From positions 1,350,001 to 1,382,000 of the forward strand of contig NC_009483.1 in the NCBI RefSeq assembly GCF_000016745.1: DNA of 32,000 bases, in the 5' to 3' direction. Position numbers and translations under genes: made by a program. Below, piece by piece: positions 16,401 through 25,161 of this stretch; position 1 is the first letter of the stretch; the number at the start of each line of letters is the position of its first letter. The notes beneath the pieces are model-generated. The model saw only the letters and a program-made list of their open reading frames with translations. It made no database searches and had not been told where the DNA came from. Source of the DNA: Geotalea uraniireducens Rf4. GTDB lineage: Bacteria > Desulfobacterota > Desulfuromonadia > Geobacterales > Geobacteraceae.

Positions 16401-18813
16401 TGGAAAAGAAGATTTTGAAACGGGTGACCTGACCCTTTTACCATGGGTTACTACGGGCAATGGGCAATGGTTTGTGCAAGACTCTGATGCGCATGGCGAT
16501 TCTTATGCGGCACAAGCTCCGTCTATTGGTTTAGGCCAGAGTGCGGCCATGGAAGTATCAATGGATTGCACCACCGGCAATATAGACTTCTGGTATTCGG
16601 TCAATTCTTTATTTGATAATCTGACCTTCTATATTGACGGCGTTCAGCAGTTACAGAAATCCGGTTTCATCTCCTGGACCCAGGCGTCTTACGAAGTTAC
16701 GGCCGGAAGGCACACCTTTAAGTGGGTTTACTCCAACGGTATGATAGTGCCCGTTGGTATTTACACTGCCATGGTGGACGATATAGTTTTTCCCATCGGC
16801 GCCGGCGACACGACGCCGCCTAGTGGCACCATAACGATAAACAGCGGAGCGGCCTACACAAAAACGACAGACGTGACGTTGGCGCTTTCCTGTACTGACA
16901 ATTCCGGGGCATGTAGCCAGATGCAGTTCAGCACCGACAACGTGAGCTGGTCGACCCCTGAGGCATACAGTGCAACTAAGGCATGGACATTAACCGCCGG
17001 AGACAGCACCAAGAACGTGTACGTCAAATTCAAGGACGCGGCAGGCAACTGGTCAACAGCATACAGCGATGCCATTGGCCTTGACGCAACAGCACCGGCA
17101 ACCACCGCTTCACCGGCCGGCGGGACCTATACAGCCATCCAGACGGTGACCCTGTCATGCAGTGACGGGCCCGGCGCAGGTTGCGACAAGGTCTACTATA
17201 CAACCGACGGCTCCACCCCTACCACGTCATCGAGCGTCTATTCATGGGCCATAACCGTAGCGTCAACTCAAACTTTAAAATATTTCGCGACCGACCTTGC
17301 CGGTAACAGCGAAACGGTGAAGTCCCAAAGTTATACCTTTGATACAACCCCGCCGACCGGCACCATAACGATCAACACCGGGGCAGCCTATACCAAAACG
17401 ACAGCCGTGACGCTGACCCTTTCCTGCACCGACAATGCCGGGGCCTGTAACCAGATGCAGTTCAGCAACGACAACGCAAGCTGGTCGACACCCGAGGCGT
17501 ATGCGACGACCAAGGTTTGGACCTTTGCCACCGTCGACGGCATCAAGACCATATATGTCAAATTCAGAGATGAGTCAGGCAACTGGTCAACCGTGTCCAT
17601 CGATACTATAGTGCTTGACGCAACCAACCCGGTGACCACCACTGCCCCGGCAGGAGGAGCATATAATACTAGCCAAGCGGTTACCCTGACTTGCAGTGAC
17701 GGGACCGGCACAGGGTGCGATAAAATCTATTACACGACAGACGGCGCAACACCCACGACTTCATCGAGTGTCTATTCAGGGGCATTAACTGTAGCTGCGA
17801 CTACGACAGTGAAGTATTTTGCAACCGATCTCGCCGGCAACAGCGAGGCGGTGAAGAGTCAGGCATATACCATCACCGCCAGCGACACGACTCCGCCGAG
17901 CGGCACCATAACGATAAACAGCGGAGCGGCATACACCAAAACGACAACTACAACGTTGTCTCTTTCCTGCACCGACAATGCCGGGGCCTGTAACCAGATG
18001 CAGTTCAGCAACGACAACGCAAGCTGGTCGGCGCCCGAGGCATACGCGACGACCAAGGCGTGGACATCGGCCACGGGAGACGGAACGAAGACCGTCTATG
18101 CCAAGTTCAAGGACGCAGCGGGCAACTGGTCGAGTGTCGTAAGTGATACGATTGTTCTTGATTCCACCACTCCAGTAGTAGCCATCACATCTCCGACAAC
18201 CGGTACGACAACCGACAATACGCCGCTTTTGACTTATACGGCAAGTGACGGAACAGTGGTGGTAAAGGTTGACGGGAGTATCGTCAATAAGGTTTCCGGC
18301 ACCAGCCTCGATACATTGGCTAACGGTTCACATAACGTACGGGTCGAAGCGACGGATGCGGCAGGCAATATCGCCTTTGCCGAGGTAACCTTTACTGTCA
18401 GCGCTTCTGTAACCGGCACCGAGGATTTCGAGACCGGCAATCTGAGCAATTTCCCTTGGATCACCTCCGGCAATGGTTTATGGGCTGTGAAGAGCACCAA
18501 AGCGCACGGTGGAGCTTATTCTGCACAAGCTCCGTCAATTACAGTCGGCCAAAGTGCGGCCATGGAAGTAACCATGGACTGCACCGCGGGCAACATCAGC
18601 TTCTGGTATGCGGTTAATTCTCTGTTTGATAATCTGAAATTTTATATTGACGGCGTTCTGAAATTGCAGAAATCCGGTTCCGTTTCCTGGACCCTAGCGT
18701 CTTACGGGGTTACAACCGGAAGACACACCTTCAAGTGGGTTTACTCATACAGTATGACAGGATCGGCTGCATCTACCGCCTGGGTGGATGATATAACCTT
18801 CCCAATTCCGTGA
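13402..18813 (+). CDS. Giant modular cell-surface protein (at least 1803 aa): two N-terminal YD repeats, then 7 'A' beta-sandwich modules, 8 chitobiase/hexosaminidase-C-like (CHB_HEX_C-type) modules, and 2 Ig-like plus 2 jelly-roll-like C-terminal blocks
   Basis: Frame 1 is open from 13342. YD repeats: (Y)DELNRLTRVDYDDGTYIAYTYDEIGNRL. A module: PPTGT(V/I)(T/A)IN.GA.YT......L.LSC.D..GC.QMQFSNDN..WS.....T.K.WTL..GDG.KTVY.KFKD.AGNWS. B module: ...GCDKIYYTTDGTTPTTSSSVYS..I.V..TTTLK(Y/F)FATDLAGNSE.VK.Q.YTID. Each half ends in ...TFKWVYS......VDDI.FPI. Confidence 0.85.
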   Translation: MTRVDYDDGTYIAYTYDEIGNRLNTTTNAPSDTTPPTGTVAINGGSPVTTSTAVTLSLSCSDANGCAQMQFSNDNATWSTVEAFTSTKAWTLITGEGAKTVYVKFKDTVGNWSTAVGDAIVFDTTAPTTTASPTGGTYTTSLSVTLMCNDGTGGGCDKIYYTTDGTIPTTSSSVYSAPIPMSEPTTLKFLAIDLAGYSEAVKTQTYTIDTMRPTGSVSINGGANYTNASTVTLTLSCTDNSGCDYMEISNYNTVWQGPYATTKVWTLLPSGDGAKTVYVNFRDTAGNWMSTSVSATIVLDTTVPVTTVSPTEGTYNATKLVTLTCGDGTGAGCDKIYYTTDGTTPTTASSVYAGAITVAATTTLKYFATDAAGNSEAVKSKAYIIDTTLPVTTVSPAGGAYNTSQTISLTCSDGAGTGCDKIYYTTNGTTPTTSSSVYSTPISVSTTTTLKFFATDLAGNTEVVKNQTYTIDITPPTGTVTINAGANYTNTAAATLTLSCNDSVGCDQMQFSNDNASWSSPETHMTTKVWTLVLGDGTKTVYAKFKDMAGNWSTAVSDTIVFDATAPVTTASPAGGVYNAAKSVTMTCGDGTGAGCDKIYYTTDGTTPTTASSVYSGAITVAATATLKYFATDLVGNSETVKSQTYTIDTTPPVTAASPGSGAYNTSQTVTLACNDGVGSGCDKIYYTTNGATPTTSSSVYSTPVTVSATTTLKFFATDLVGNNETVKTQTYTIDTTPPTGTITVNSGAAYVTAANVTLALSCTDSVGCSQMQFSNDNSNWSSPESYATTKAWTLATGDGNKTVYVKFKDTAGNWSTVYSDTILLDATAPVTTASPAGGFYNTSKTVTLTSNDGAGLGVDKIYYTIDGTTPTTSSSVYADPINITATTTLKFFATDLAGHTETVKTKTYTIDVIAPTVTITSPALGTTNDNSPLLTYTTNDGTWVSNVVVKVDGVIVSKVSGYSLAPLADGIHTVRVEATDLAGNTGFAEVVFTVALAFTGKEDFETGDLTLLPWVTTGNGQWFVQDSDAHGDSYAAQAPSIGLGQSAAMEVSMDCTTGNIDFWYSVNSLFDNLTFYIDGVQQLQKSGFISWTQASYEVTAGRHTFKWVYSNGMIVPVGIYTAMVDDIVFPIGAGDTTPPSGTITINSGAAYTKTTDVTLALSCTDNSGACSQMQFSTDNVSWSTPEAYSATKAWTLTAGDSTKNVYVKFKDAAGNWSTAYSDAIGLDATAPATTASPAGGTYTAIQTVTLSCSDGPGAGCDKVYYTTDGSTPTTSSSVYSWAITVASTQTLKYFATDLAGNSETVKSQSYTFDTTPPTGTITINTGAAYTKTTAVTLTLSCTDNAGACNQMQFSNDNASWSTPEAYATTKVWTFATVDGIKTIYVKFRDESGNWSTVSIDTIVLDATNPVTTTAPAGGAYNTSQAVTLTCSDGTGTGCDKIYYTTDGATPTTSSSVYSGALTVAATTTVKYFATDLAGNSEAVKSQAYTITASDTTPPSGTITINSGAAYTKTTTTTLSLSCTDNAGACNQMQFSNDNASWSAPEAYATTKAWTSATGDGTKTVYAKFKDAAGNWSSVVSDTIVLDSTTPVVAITSPTTGTTTDNTPLLTYTASDGTVVVKVDGSIVNKVSGTSLDTLANGSHNVRVEATDAAGNIAFAEVTFTVSASVTGTEDFETGNLSNFPWITSGNGLWAVKSTKAHGGAYSAQAPSITVGQSAAMEVTMDCTAGNISFWYAVNSLFDNLKFYIDGVLKLQKSGSVSWTLASYGVTTGRHTFKWVYSYSMTGSAASTAWVDDITFPIP

Positions 18814-18836
18814 AGTTAACGCCGGGTAAAATCAAG

Positions 18837-18870
18837 AAGAATAGGGCGGGGAATCCACCGTCCTATTCTT
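18837..18870 (+). terminator. Hairpin after the giant surface-protein gene (possible terminator, weak T tract)
   Basis: AAGAATAGGgCGG (18837-18849), loop ggaatcca, CCGtCCTATTCTT (18858-18870): a 13-bp stem including one G:T(U) pair, 24 nt after the stop codon. Confidence 0.45.
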
Positions 18871-19250
18871 GATTCAAACACCGGCGGTATTCCCACCATC
18901 ACTACTTCATGTTGTACAACACACCTACATTCCCTCGGAAGAGGGGGAGACGATTGGGCATGGTTAGATTTTCGCACTTTGGCCTGTCACCACAGGCCAT
19001 AGCCGTTTCCTTCTCCCATTTGAGAGACCATGCATAATTGCCCTTCGGCGGCAATCTTGGCCTTCTCCTCCATATACCTGTTCGCTCAGTGTTTGGCGAG
19101 GCCCCCCTCTCGTTCGACCTTGCCGGAAGCCCGGCTCATTTCCTCAAATGTAGTATCCATGTGGCGAGAAGCACCGGCTAACAATGAGAAAAATAGGGCC
19201 GCCACGGGGGCAGAGGAAAAAGCGGCGACTGTACTTTTTTGTAGTTGCGT

Positions 19251-19278
19251 TTGTAAATGTTAATTTGTCGGATATAAT
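19251..19278 (+). promoter_or_regulatory. Candidate sigma-70 promoter for the second giant surface-protein gene
   Basis: TTGTAA (19251-19256), 16-nt spacer, consensus TATAAT (19273-19278), about 65 nt upstream of the ATG at 19345. Motif match only. Confidence 0.35.
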
Positions 19279-19344
19279 ATTTATCGTCGCAGGAGCAGGG
19301 GTGATTTTCGTTTCTTGGAGCTGAAAGAAGTGTAGGAGGTTAAG

Positions 19345-22300
19345 ATGCACGGTTTGGTTGCTCATAAAAATCTATTTTTTGTGCTGCTTTTCATCACGAT
19401 TCTTTTGAGTGTGAACGAGGTTTATGCGCTTACCATAGACTCCGTAAAACGCACAAGTCCAGCCGAGCCAACCACCAACGCGGCGAGCGTCGACTACACG
19501 GTCATCTTCAGCGAAGCAGTCACTGGCCTTACGGCGAGCAACTTCACCGTGCCGGTGACCGGCATAAGCGGTGCAGGGGTGACCTCGGTCACCGGCTCTG
19601 GGACCACTTGGACGGCTACCGTAGGAACCGGGAGCGGCGACGGTACGCTCGGCTTCACCATGGAGAACTCCACAGGGGTCACGGACACGGTGGGCAACGC
19701 CGTGGCCAACCTTCCATTCGACGGAGAGATTTACACCATCGACAAAACCGTGCCGACGGTGACCATTGGCTCGACGGCAGCGAATCCGACCAGTGTCTCT
19801 CCCCTCCCGGTCACTGTTACCTTCAGCGAGGCGGTGACCGGCTTTACGGCTGAAGATATCGTCGTCGGCAACGGCACGGCTGGAGCCTTTGCTGGTAGCG
19901 GCGCCACCTATACCTTTAACGTAACCCCCACAGCCAACGGTCCGGTGACTGTCGATATCGCCGCCGGGGCCGCCTTGGATGCGGCCGGCAACGGCAACAG
20001 CGCGGCAGTGCAGTTCAGCCGCAATTATGACAATTCTGCGCCGACGGTGACCATCGGCTCGACCGCAGCCGATCCGACCAGGGTCTCTCCCATCCCCGTG
20101 ACGGTCACCTTCAGCGAGGCAGTGACCGGGTTTGCGGCTGAAGATATCGTCGTCGGCAACGGCACTGCCGGAGCCTTTGCTGGTAGCGGCGCCACCTATA
20201 CCTTTAACGTAACCCCCACGGCCAACGGTCCGGTGACCGTCGATATCGCCGCCGGGGCCGCCTTGGATGCGGCCGGCAACGGCAACAGCGCGGCAGTGCA
20301 GTTCAGCCGCAATTATGACAATACGACGCCGACGGTGACCATCGGCTCGATGGCAGCCGATCCGACCAATGTCTCTCCCATCCCCGTGACGGTCACCTTC
20401 AGCGAGGCGGTGACCGGGTTTGCGGCTGAAGATATCGTCGTCGGCAACGGCACTGCCGGAGCCTTTGCTGGTAGCGGCGCTACCTATACCTTTAACGTAA
20501 CCCCCACGGCCACCGGTCCGGTGACCGTCGATATCGCCTCCGGGGCCGCCCAGGATGCTGCCGGCAACGGCAACAGCGCCGCTTCCCAGTTGAGCCGCAA
20601 TTATGACAATACTGTGCCGACGGTGACCATCGGCTCGACGGCAGCCAATCCGACCAACGTCTCTCCCATCACCGTGACTGTCACCTTCAGCGAGGCGGTG
20701 ACCGGGTTTGCGGCAGGAGATATAACCGTCGGCAACGGCACGGTGACGTCCGGCTCCTTCACCGGAAGCGGTGCCACGTACACCTTTAGCGTCATCCCCA
20801 CCGCCAACGGAGCGATGACTGTCGCTATCGCCGCCGGTGTCGCCCAAGATGCGGCCGGCAACGGCAACAGCGCGGCAGTGCAGTTCAGCCGCAATTATGA
20901 CAATACTGTGCCGACGGTGACCATCGGCTCGACGGCAGCCAATCCGACCAGGGTCTCTCCCATCCCCGTGACGGTCACCTTCAGCGAGGCGGTGATCGGG
21001 TTTGCGGCAGGAGATATAACCGTCGGCAACGGCACGGTGACGTCCGGCTCCTTTGCCGGGAGCGGTGCCACGTACACCTTTAGCGTCACCCCCACCGCCA
21101 ACGGAGCGGTGACCGTCGATGTCGCCGTTGGTGTCGCCCAGGATGCGGCCGGCAACGGTAACAGCGCCTCCTCCCGGTTCAGCCGGATTTACGACAATAC
21201 CGCGCCGACCATGGACGCCGCCGCATCATACGTAAACTCGACCCATGTGGATGTGACCTTCAGCGAGGGGGTTATTGGCGCAGATGTTGCCGCAAACTAC
21301 ACCGCACCCGGTCTGACCATAACTGCGGCAGTATCACAGGGGGGCGCCACGTATCGTCTAACCACCAGTCTCCAGGGAATAGGAACCACCTATAACATAA
21401 CCGCCAACAACATCTCCGACCCGGCGGGCAACGCCCTGAGCAGCAGCGACAAGACCGCAACCTTCACCAGGACTTCAGCCTCGAACTCCGCTCCGACCAC
21501 ACCGACCCTCAACGCGCCGCCAAACGGGACTTTCAATGTTAATGAAGTCAACACGCTCACTCCCACCCTTGCAGTCAATAACTCAACCGATGTTGACCTG
21601 GACCCACTGAGCTACACCTTTGTGGTAGACACGGTCAACACCTTTGACAGCCCCAATAAAAAGACATCAACCCTTGTCCCCTCCGGGGCCGGCACAACGA
21701 GTTGGACCATTCCATCATCGTCTCCGCTTGTTGACAACACCACCTGGTACTGGCGCGTCACGGCTACCGACGGCAACAAGGGTTCCTCCCCCTCACAGAC
21801 GGGCAGCTTCTTCGTCAACACCGTCAACGACGCGCCTGCCGGCCTTGCCGTCAGCTCACCCACCAACGACCCCAAAACAGAGGTAACGGACCTGCAGCCT
21901 CTCCTCACCGTCACCAACGCGACGGATCTGGATAACGACACTCTCACCTACGAATTTGAGGTAGCCACGGACGGCAGCTTTACAAACGTCGTGGCAAAGG
22001 CGGTCACTGGTGTTGCGCAGGGCACGGCCGGGACTACTACCTGGAAAGTATCGCCCGCGCTTAACGACAACACCCAGTACCACTGGAGGAGCAGGGCAAA
22101 AGACCAGCACGGGTTGCCCGACAGCAGTTATAGTGGCTGGGTGACCGCCACATTCTTCACCAATACGAGCAACGACGCGCCGTCTGCCCCGACGGTCAAC
22201 GCACCGCTGAACAATAATGAAATATCCACCACGCTCACCCCCACGCTCACGATCAACAATTCCACGGATCCGGACCGGGACCCTCTGACCTATACCTTCG

Positions 22301-25053
22301 AGATCGACACGGACAATAAATTCAACAGTCCCAACAAACAGACCTCCCCCGTGATAGCCGAAGACGCGGGGACAACGACGACGAGCTGGACGCCGGCAAC
22401 ATTGAGTGACAACACCATCTGGTACTGGCGGGTCAAGGTGACAGATATTCACAATGCCGAGGCATGGATGTCAACCGGACCCGATAAGAATTACAGTACC
22501 TTCTTCATCAATCAATTCAATGAGGCACCGACCGTGCCGGTGGTAACAAGTCCTGCCGAAAACGGCGAAGTGGATTCACTCAACCCGATACTTACCGTCA
22601 ATGCCACGGACATCGACCAAGACCCCCTCACCTATGATTTCGAGGTATATAGTGACATCAGTCTCAATTCCTCGGCGCGGGTAGCCCGCGCCACAGATCA
22701 GGGGCCAAACTGGACGGTTGTCGCCAATCCACCACTTGTCGATAACACCCGCTATTACTGGATAGTCAGTGCGAAAGACGTACATGGCGTATATAGCGGC
22801 TGGATGGCGGCGAGCTCGTTCATCGTCAAGAACAAGGGGGACAACAACCTGCCGCCGAGCATCGAAATAACCTCTCCCGGTGCAGCAGAACCGGTGACCA
22901 ACGCCAAAACCTTTACCATCGGCTGGAACGCCGCCGACCCGGACAGTCCGGCCTTTATCACTCTCTATTATGGCAACGACACCAGCGGAAACGACCTCAA
23001 ACAGATAGTCTCCGGCATAAGCAAGGATGACACCGTTAAAAGCTTCAATTGGGACACCTCGCTCCTTAGCGATGGGCCTTATTATGTTTATGGCAAAATT
23101 GAAGACGGGAAATCAACCATATATGCGCACAGCGCCGGACCGCTGGTCATAGACCGGACACCGCCGAATGTACCGGTTGTGTCCGGGCCGACATTGACTA
23201 ATAGCCCGACTCCGACCTGGAGCTGGAGCTCGGGAGGCGGGGGCGGCAATGGGACCTACCGTTACAAGTTGGGGAACAACGATCTTACAACAGGCGCGAC
23301 TGAGACCGCAGGCTTGACCTTTGTGCCAGGGGCGGCGCTGGGCGAGGGGAATCACACCCTATACGTGCAGGAACGCGACCTGGCGGGGAATTGGTCTGAC
23401 AACGGCAGCTTCGCCATAGAAGTGGATACCGTGGCTCCAACGGCTACCCTGAGCGGCGCACCGACAGGGGAGACTCAGGCGACCAGCGCCACTCTGACCG
23501 TCGGCGGGGATGGTGTCGTAGCATACAAATTTCAACACAGATACAACCAGGGCATAGTCGCAGACTATGCTGACGAAACGCCTGTCTCAGTACCAATCAG
23601 CCGTTCTACCCTTGGTGAAGGGGGGCACACCATAGCCGTCATCGGCAGGGACAGCGCCGGCAACTGGCAGGCCAGCGAAACGACGACAAGCTGGATCGTT
23701 GATACGATTCCGCCGATGGCCGTCATCAAAGACGCTCCGCCTGATCCGAACAATAGAACAAACGTCAACCTTACCGTCGGCGGGGACGGTGTCGTCGCCT
23801 ATCGTTACAAGCTCGACGACGGCGCTTATTCCGCCGAAACACCCATCGCTACCATGATCAACCTTGCCTCTCTTGCCGAGGGGACGCACACTGTGGCCGT
23901 CATCGGCAGGGACAGCGCCGGCAACTGGCAAGCAGAAGCAAACGCCAAGATCATCGGCTGGATGGCGGATCTGACTGTTCCGGCATTAAGCGTCTCCACC
24001 CTTCCTGACGGCTCATTCACCAGCAAGGCGGAGCTGAACATTACGGGGAGCGTCACCGACGCCAATCTCGTGAGGAGTCTTGTCCTCAACTTCACAGCCG
24101 ACGGCGTTGTCGGCTCAGACAATTTAACGGTCGATGCGAATGACGCGTTCAATTATCTATTGACCTTGTCTGCCGGTGTGAACGTCATAACCATCACCGC
24201 CACCGACATGGCAGGGAACCAAATGATTGATACGAGGACGATAACCTATGATTCGAGTGGGCCCCAAATCACCATTTCCGCTCCGGCGGACAACATCAAG
24301 ACCGGCAAGCCGACCGTCGACGTCAAGGTCGGCACGGATGAGCCCGCCATCGTCGAGATCGTCGTTTACGACGGGTCGCAAACGGAACTCTCCAGAAAGT
24401 CTTCATCGGTACCGGACAAGAGCTTTGCCGCAACCTTGGATCTCGTTTACAACATCAACACTCTTGTGGTGACGGCCACGGACGCAACCGGGAACAAAAG
24501 TTCGGACAAGAGGACCGTGATTTACGACAACCAGAAACCGACACTTGCCATAACCGACCCGGCCCAGGACATCAGGACCGACCTGAGTATCATGACCTTA
24601 AAGGGTGTCGTCTCCGATACCTTGGGTGCCGTTACCGTGACCGTAGCCCAATTAACCCAAGACGGGAACGCTGAAGTTCTCAACCCGCCTCCCACGCTTA
24701 CCGACAGCGAAACCGGGCAGACCTTCGAACAATCGATAACCTTTACGGGAAACAGGGTCTATCGCTTCGTCGTAACGGCAACGGACGAAGTGGGGAACGA
24801 AACCAGCGTCCAGCGAAATATCGTTTATGCCAAGCCGTCCAGAGGCGATTTAAACGGTGACCGCAATGTGGATATTCTGGATGCTTTGACAGCGCTGCAG
24901 ATTTCAACGGGTTTAGTGGCACAAACAGATATCGCCCTGATTAATGGTGACGTCGCCCCGTTGGTAAACGGCAAATCCGTTCCCGACGGGAGGATAGATG
25001 TGGGCGATGCGGTGATAATCCTGAAAGTGGTGGTAAATCTGATCACTTTGTAG
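19345..25053 (+). CDS. Giant repetitive cell-surface protein/adhesin (1902 aa): signal peptide, 6-7 bacterial Ig-like repeats, 4 FN3/Ig-like modules, further Ig-like domains, C-terminal dockerin-type module
   Basis: AGGAGG RBS (19334-19339). Signal peptide ...LFFVLLFITILLSVNEVYA. Repeats: PTVTIGSTAA.PT.VSPIPVTVTFSEAVTGFAAEDIVVGNGTAGAFAGSGATYTFNVTPTANGPVTVDIAAGAA.DAAGNGNSAA. Four modules of about 113 aa carry D.D.DPL(T/S)Y.F and W(Y/H)WR(V/S). Dockerin-like Ca-binding loops: GDLNGDRNVDILDALTALQ and INGDVAP...PDGRIDVGDAVIIL. Confidence 0.9.
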   Translation: MHGLVAHKNLFFVLLFITILLSVNEVYALTIDSVKRTSPAEPTTNAASVDYTVIFSEAVTGLTASNFTVPVTGISGAGVTSVTGSGTTWTATVGTGSGDGTLGFTMENSTGVTDTVGNAVANLPFDGEIYTIDKTVPTVTIGSTAANPTSVSPLPVTVTFSEAVTGFTAEDIVVGNGTAGAFAGSGATYTFNVTPTANGPVTVDIAAGAALDAAGNGNSAAVQFSRNYDNSAPTVTIGSTAADPTRVSPIPVTVTFSEAVTGFAAEDIVVGNGTAGAFAGSGATYTFNVTPTANGPVTVDIAAGAALDAAGNGNSAAVQFSRNYDNTTPTVTIGSMAADPTNVSPIPVTVTFSEAVTGFAAEDIVVGNGTAGAFAGSGATYTFNVTPTATGPVTVDIASGAAQDAAGNGNSAASQLSRNYDNTVPTVTIGSTAANPTNVSPITVTVTFSEAVTGFAAGDITVGNGTVTSGSFTGSGATYTFSVIPTANGAMTVAIAAGVAQDAAGNGNSAAVQFSRNYDNTVPTVTIGSTAANPTRVSPIPVTVTFSEAVIGFAAGDITVGNGTVTSGSFAGSGATYTFSVTPTANGAVTVDVAVGVAQDAAGNGNSASSRFSRIYDNTAPTMDAAASYVNSTHVDVTFSEGVIGADVAANYTAPGLTITAAVSQGGATYRLTTSLQGIGTTYNITANNISDPAGNALSSSDKTATFTRTSASNSAPTTPTLNAPPNGTFNVNEVNTLTPTLAVNNSTDVDLDPLSYTFVVDTVNTFDSPNKKTSTLVPSGAGTTSWTIPSSSPLVDNTTWYWRVTATDGNKGSSPSQTGSFFVNTVNDAPAGLAVSSPTNDPKTEVTDLQPLLTVTNATDLDNDTLTYEFEVATDGSFTNVVAKAVTGVAQGTAGTTTWKVSPALNDNTQYHWRSRAKDQHGLPDSSYSGWVTATFFTNTSNDAPSAPTVNAPLNNNEISTTLTPTLTINNSTDPDRDPLTYTFEIDTDNKFNSPNKQTSPVIAEDAGTTTTSWTPATLSDNTIWYWRVKVTDIHNAEAWMSTGPDKNYSTFFINQFNEAPTVPVVTSPAENGEVDSLNPILTVNATDIDQDPLTYDFEVYSDISLNSSARVARATDQGPNWTVVANPPLVDNTRYYWIVSAKDVHGVYSGWMAASSFIVKNKGDNNLPPSIEITSPGAAEPVTNAKTFTIGWNAADPDSPAFITLYYGNDTSGNDLKQIVSGISKDDTVKSFNWDTSLLSDGPYYVYGKIEDGKSTIYAHSAGPLVIDRTPPNVPVVSGPTLTNSPTPTWSWSSGGGGGNGTYRYKLGNNDLTTGATETAGLTFVPGAALGEGNHTLYVQERDLAGNWSDNGSFAIEVDTVAPTATLSGAPTGETQATSATLTVGGDGVVAYKFQHRYNQGIVADYADETPVSVPISRSTLGEGGHTIAVIGRDSAGNWQASETTTSWIVDTIPPMAVIKDAPPDPNNRTNVNLTVGGDGVVAYRYKLDDGAYSAETPIATMINLASLAEGTHTVAVIGRDSAGNWQAEANAKIIGWMADLTVPALSVSTLPDGSFTSKAELNITGSVTDANLVRSLVLNFTADGVVGSDNLTVDANDAFNYLLTLSAGVNVITITATDMAGNQMIDTRTITYDSSGPQITISAPADNIKTGKPTVDVKVGTDEPAIVEIVVYDGSQTELSRKSSSVPDKSFAATLDLVYNINTLVVTATDATGNKSSDKRTVIYDNQKPTLAITDPAQDIRTDLSIMTLKGVVSDTLGAVTVTVAQLTQDGNAEVLNPPPTLTDSETGQTFEQSITFTGNRVYRFVVTATDEVGNETSVQRNIVYAKPSRGDLNGDRNVDILDALTALQISTGLVAQTDIALINGDVAPLVNGKSVPDGRIDVGDAVIILKVVVNLITL
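19753..21204 (+). repeat. Coding tandem repeat array: 3 x 288 bp then 2 x 294 bp, highly similar at the DNA level
   Basis: The anchor CCGACGGTGACCAT recurs at 19753, 20041, 20329, 20617 and 20911 (a degenerate CCGACC at 21205). Units at 20041 and 20329 differ at only scattered positions by eye. Confidence 0.9.
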
Positions 25054-25161
25054 AGCCTAACCCCGATGAACGGGATAAGTCCCTTCACGAAAAATTCTTC
25101 GCAAAAAACATGCAAATAATTTTTCTAAGTGACTAACGGAAAATGCAGAGGGTGGAGCGAA

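Noticed and set aside
18900-19365. ORFs 19030..19263 (+) and 19144..19365 (-) in the spacer between the two giant genes, and a minus-strand reading MDTTFEEMSRASGKVEREGGLAKH* / ...YMEEKAKIAAEGQLCMVSQMGEGNGYGLW*
   Set aside because: There is no RBS and no recognisable family, and the minus-strand reading is broken across frames. It might be a decayed gene remnant, but I cannot support any call. The 7-bp hairpin GGCCTGT-cacc-ACAGGCC (18981-18998) has no T tract.
19372-20847. 491-aa minus-strand ORF (plus 19494-19709, 20601-20894 and 20895-21155 on the minus strand) antisense to the second giant adhesin
   Set aside because: The translation is Arg/Gly/Asp-rich and periodic, mirroring the 288-bp coding repeats on the plus strand. 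There is no RBS or plausible start, and the plus-strand frame has clear signal-peptide and domain logic. This is an artefact of GC-rich repeats.
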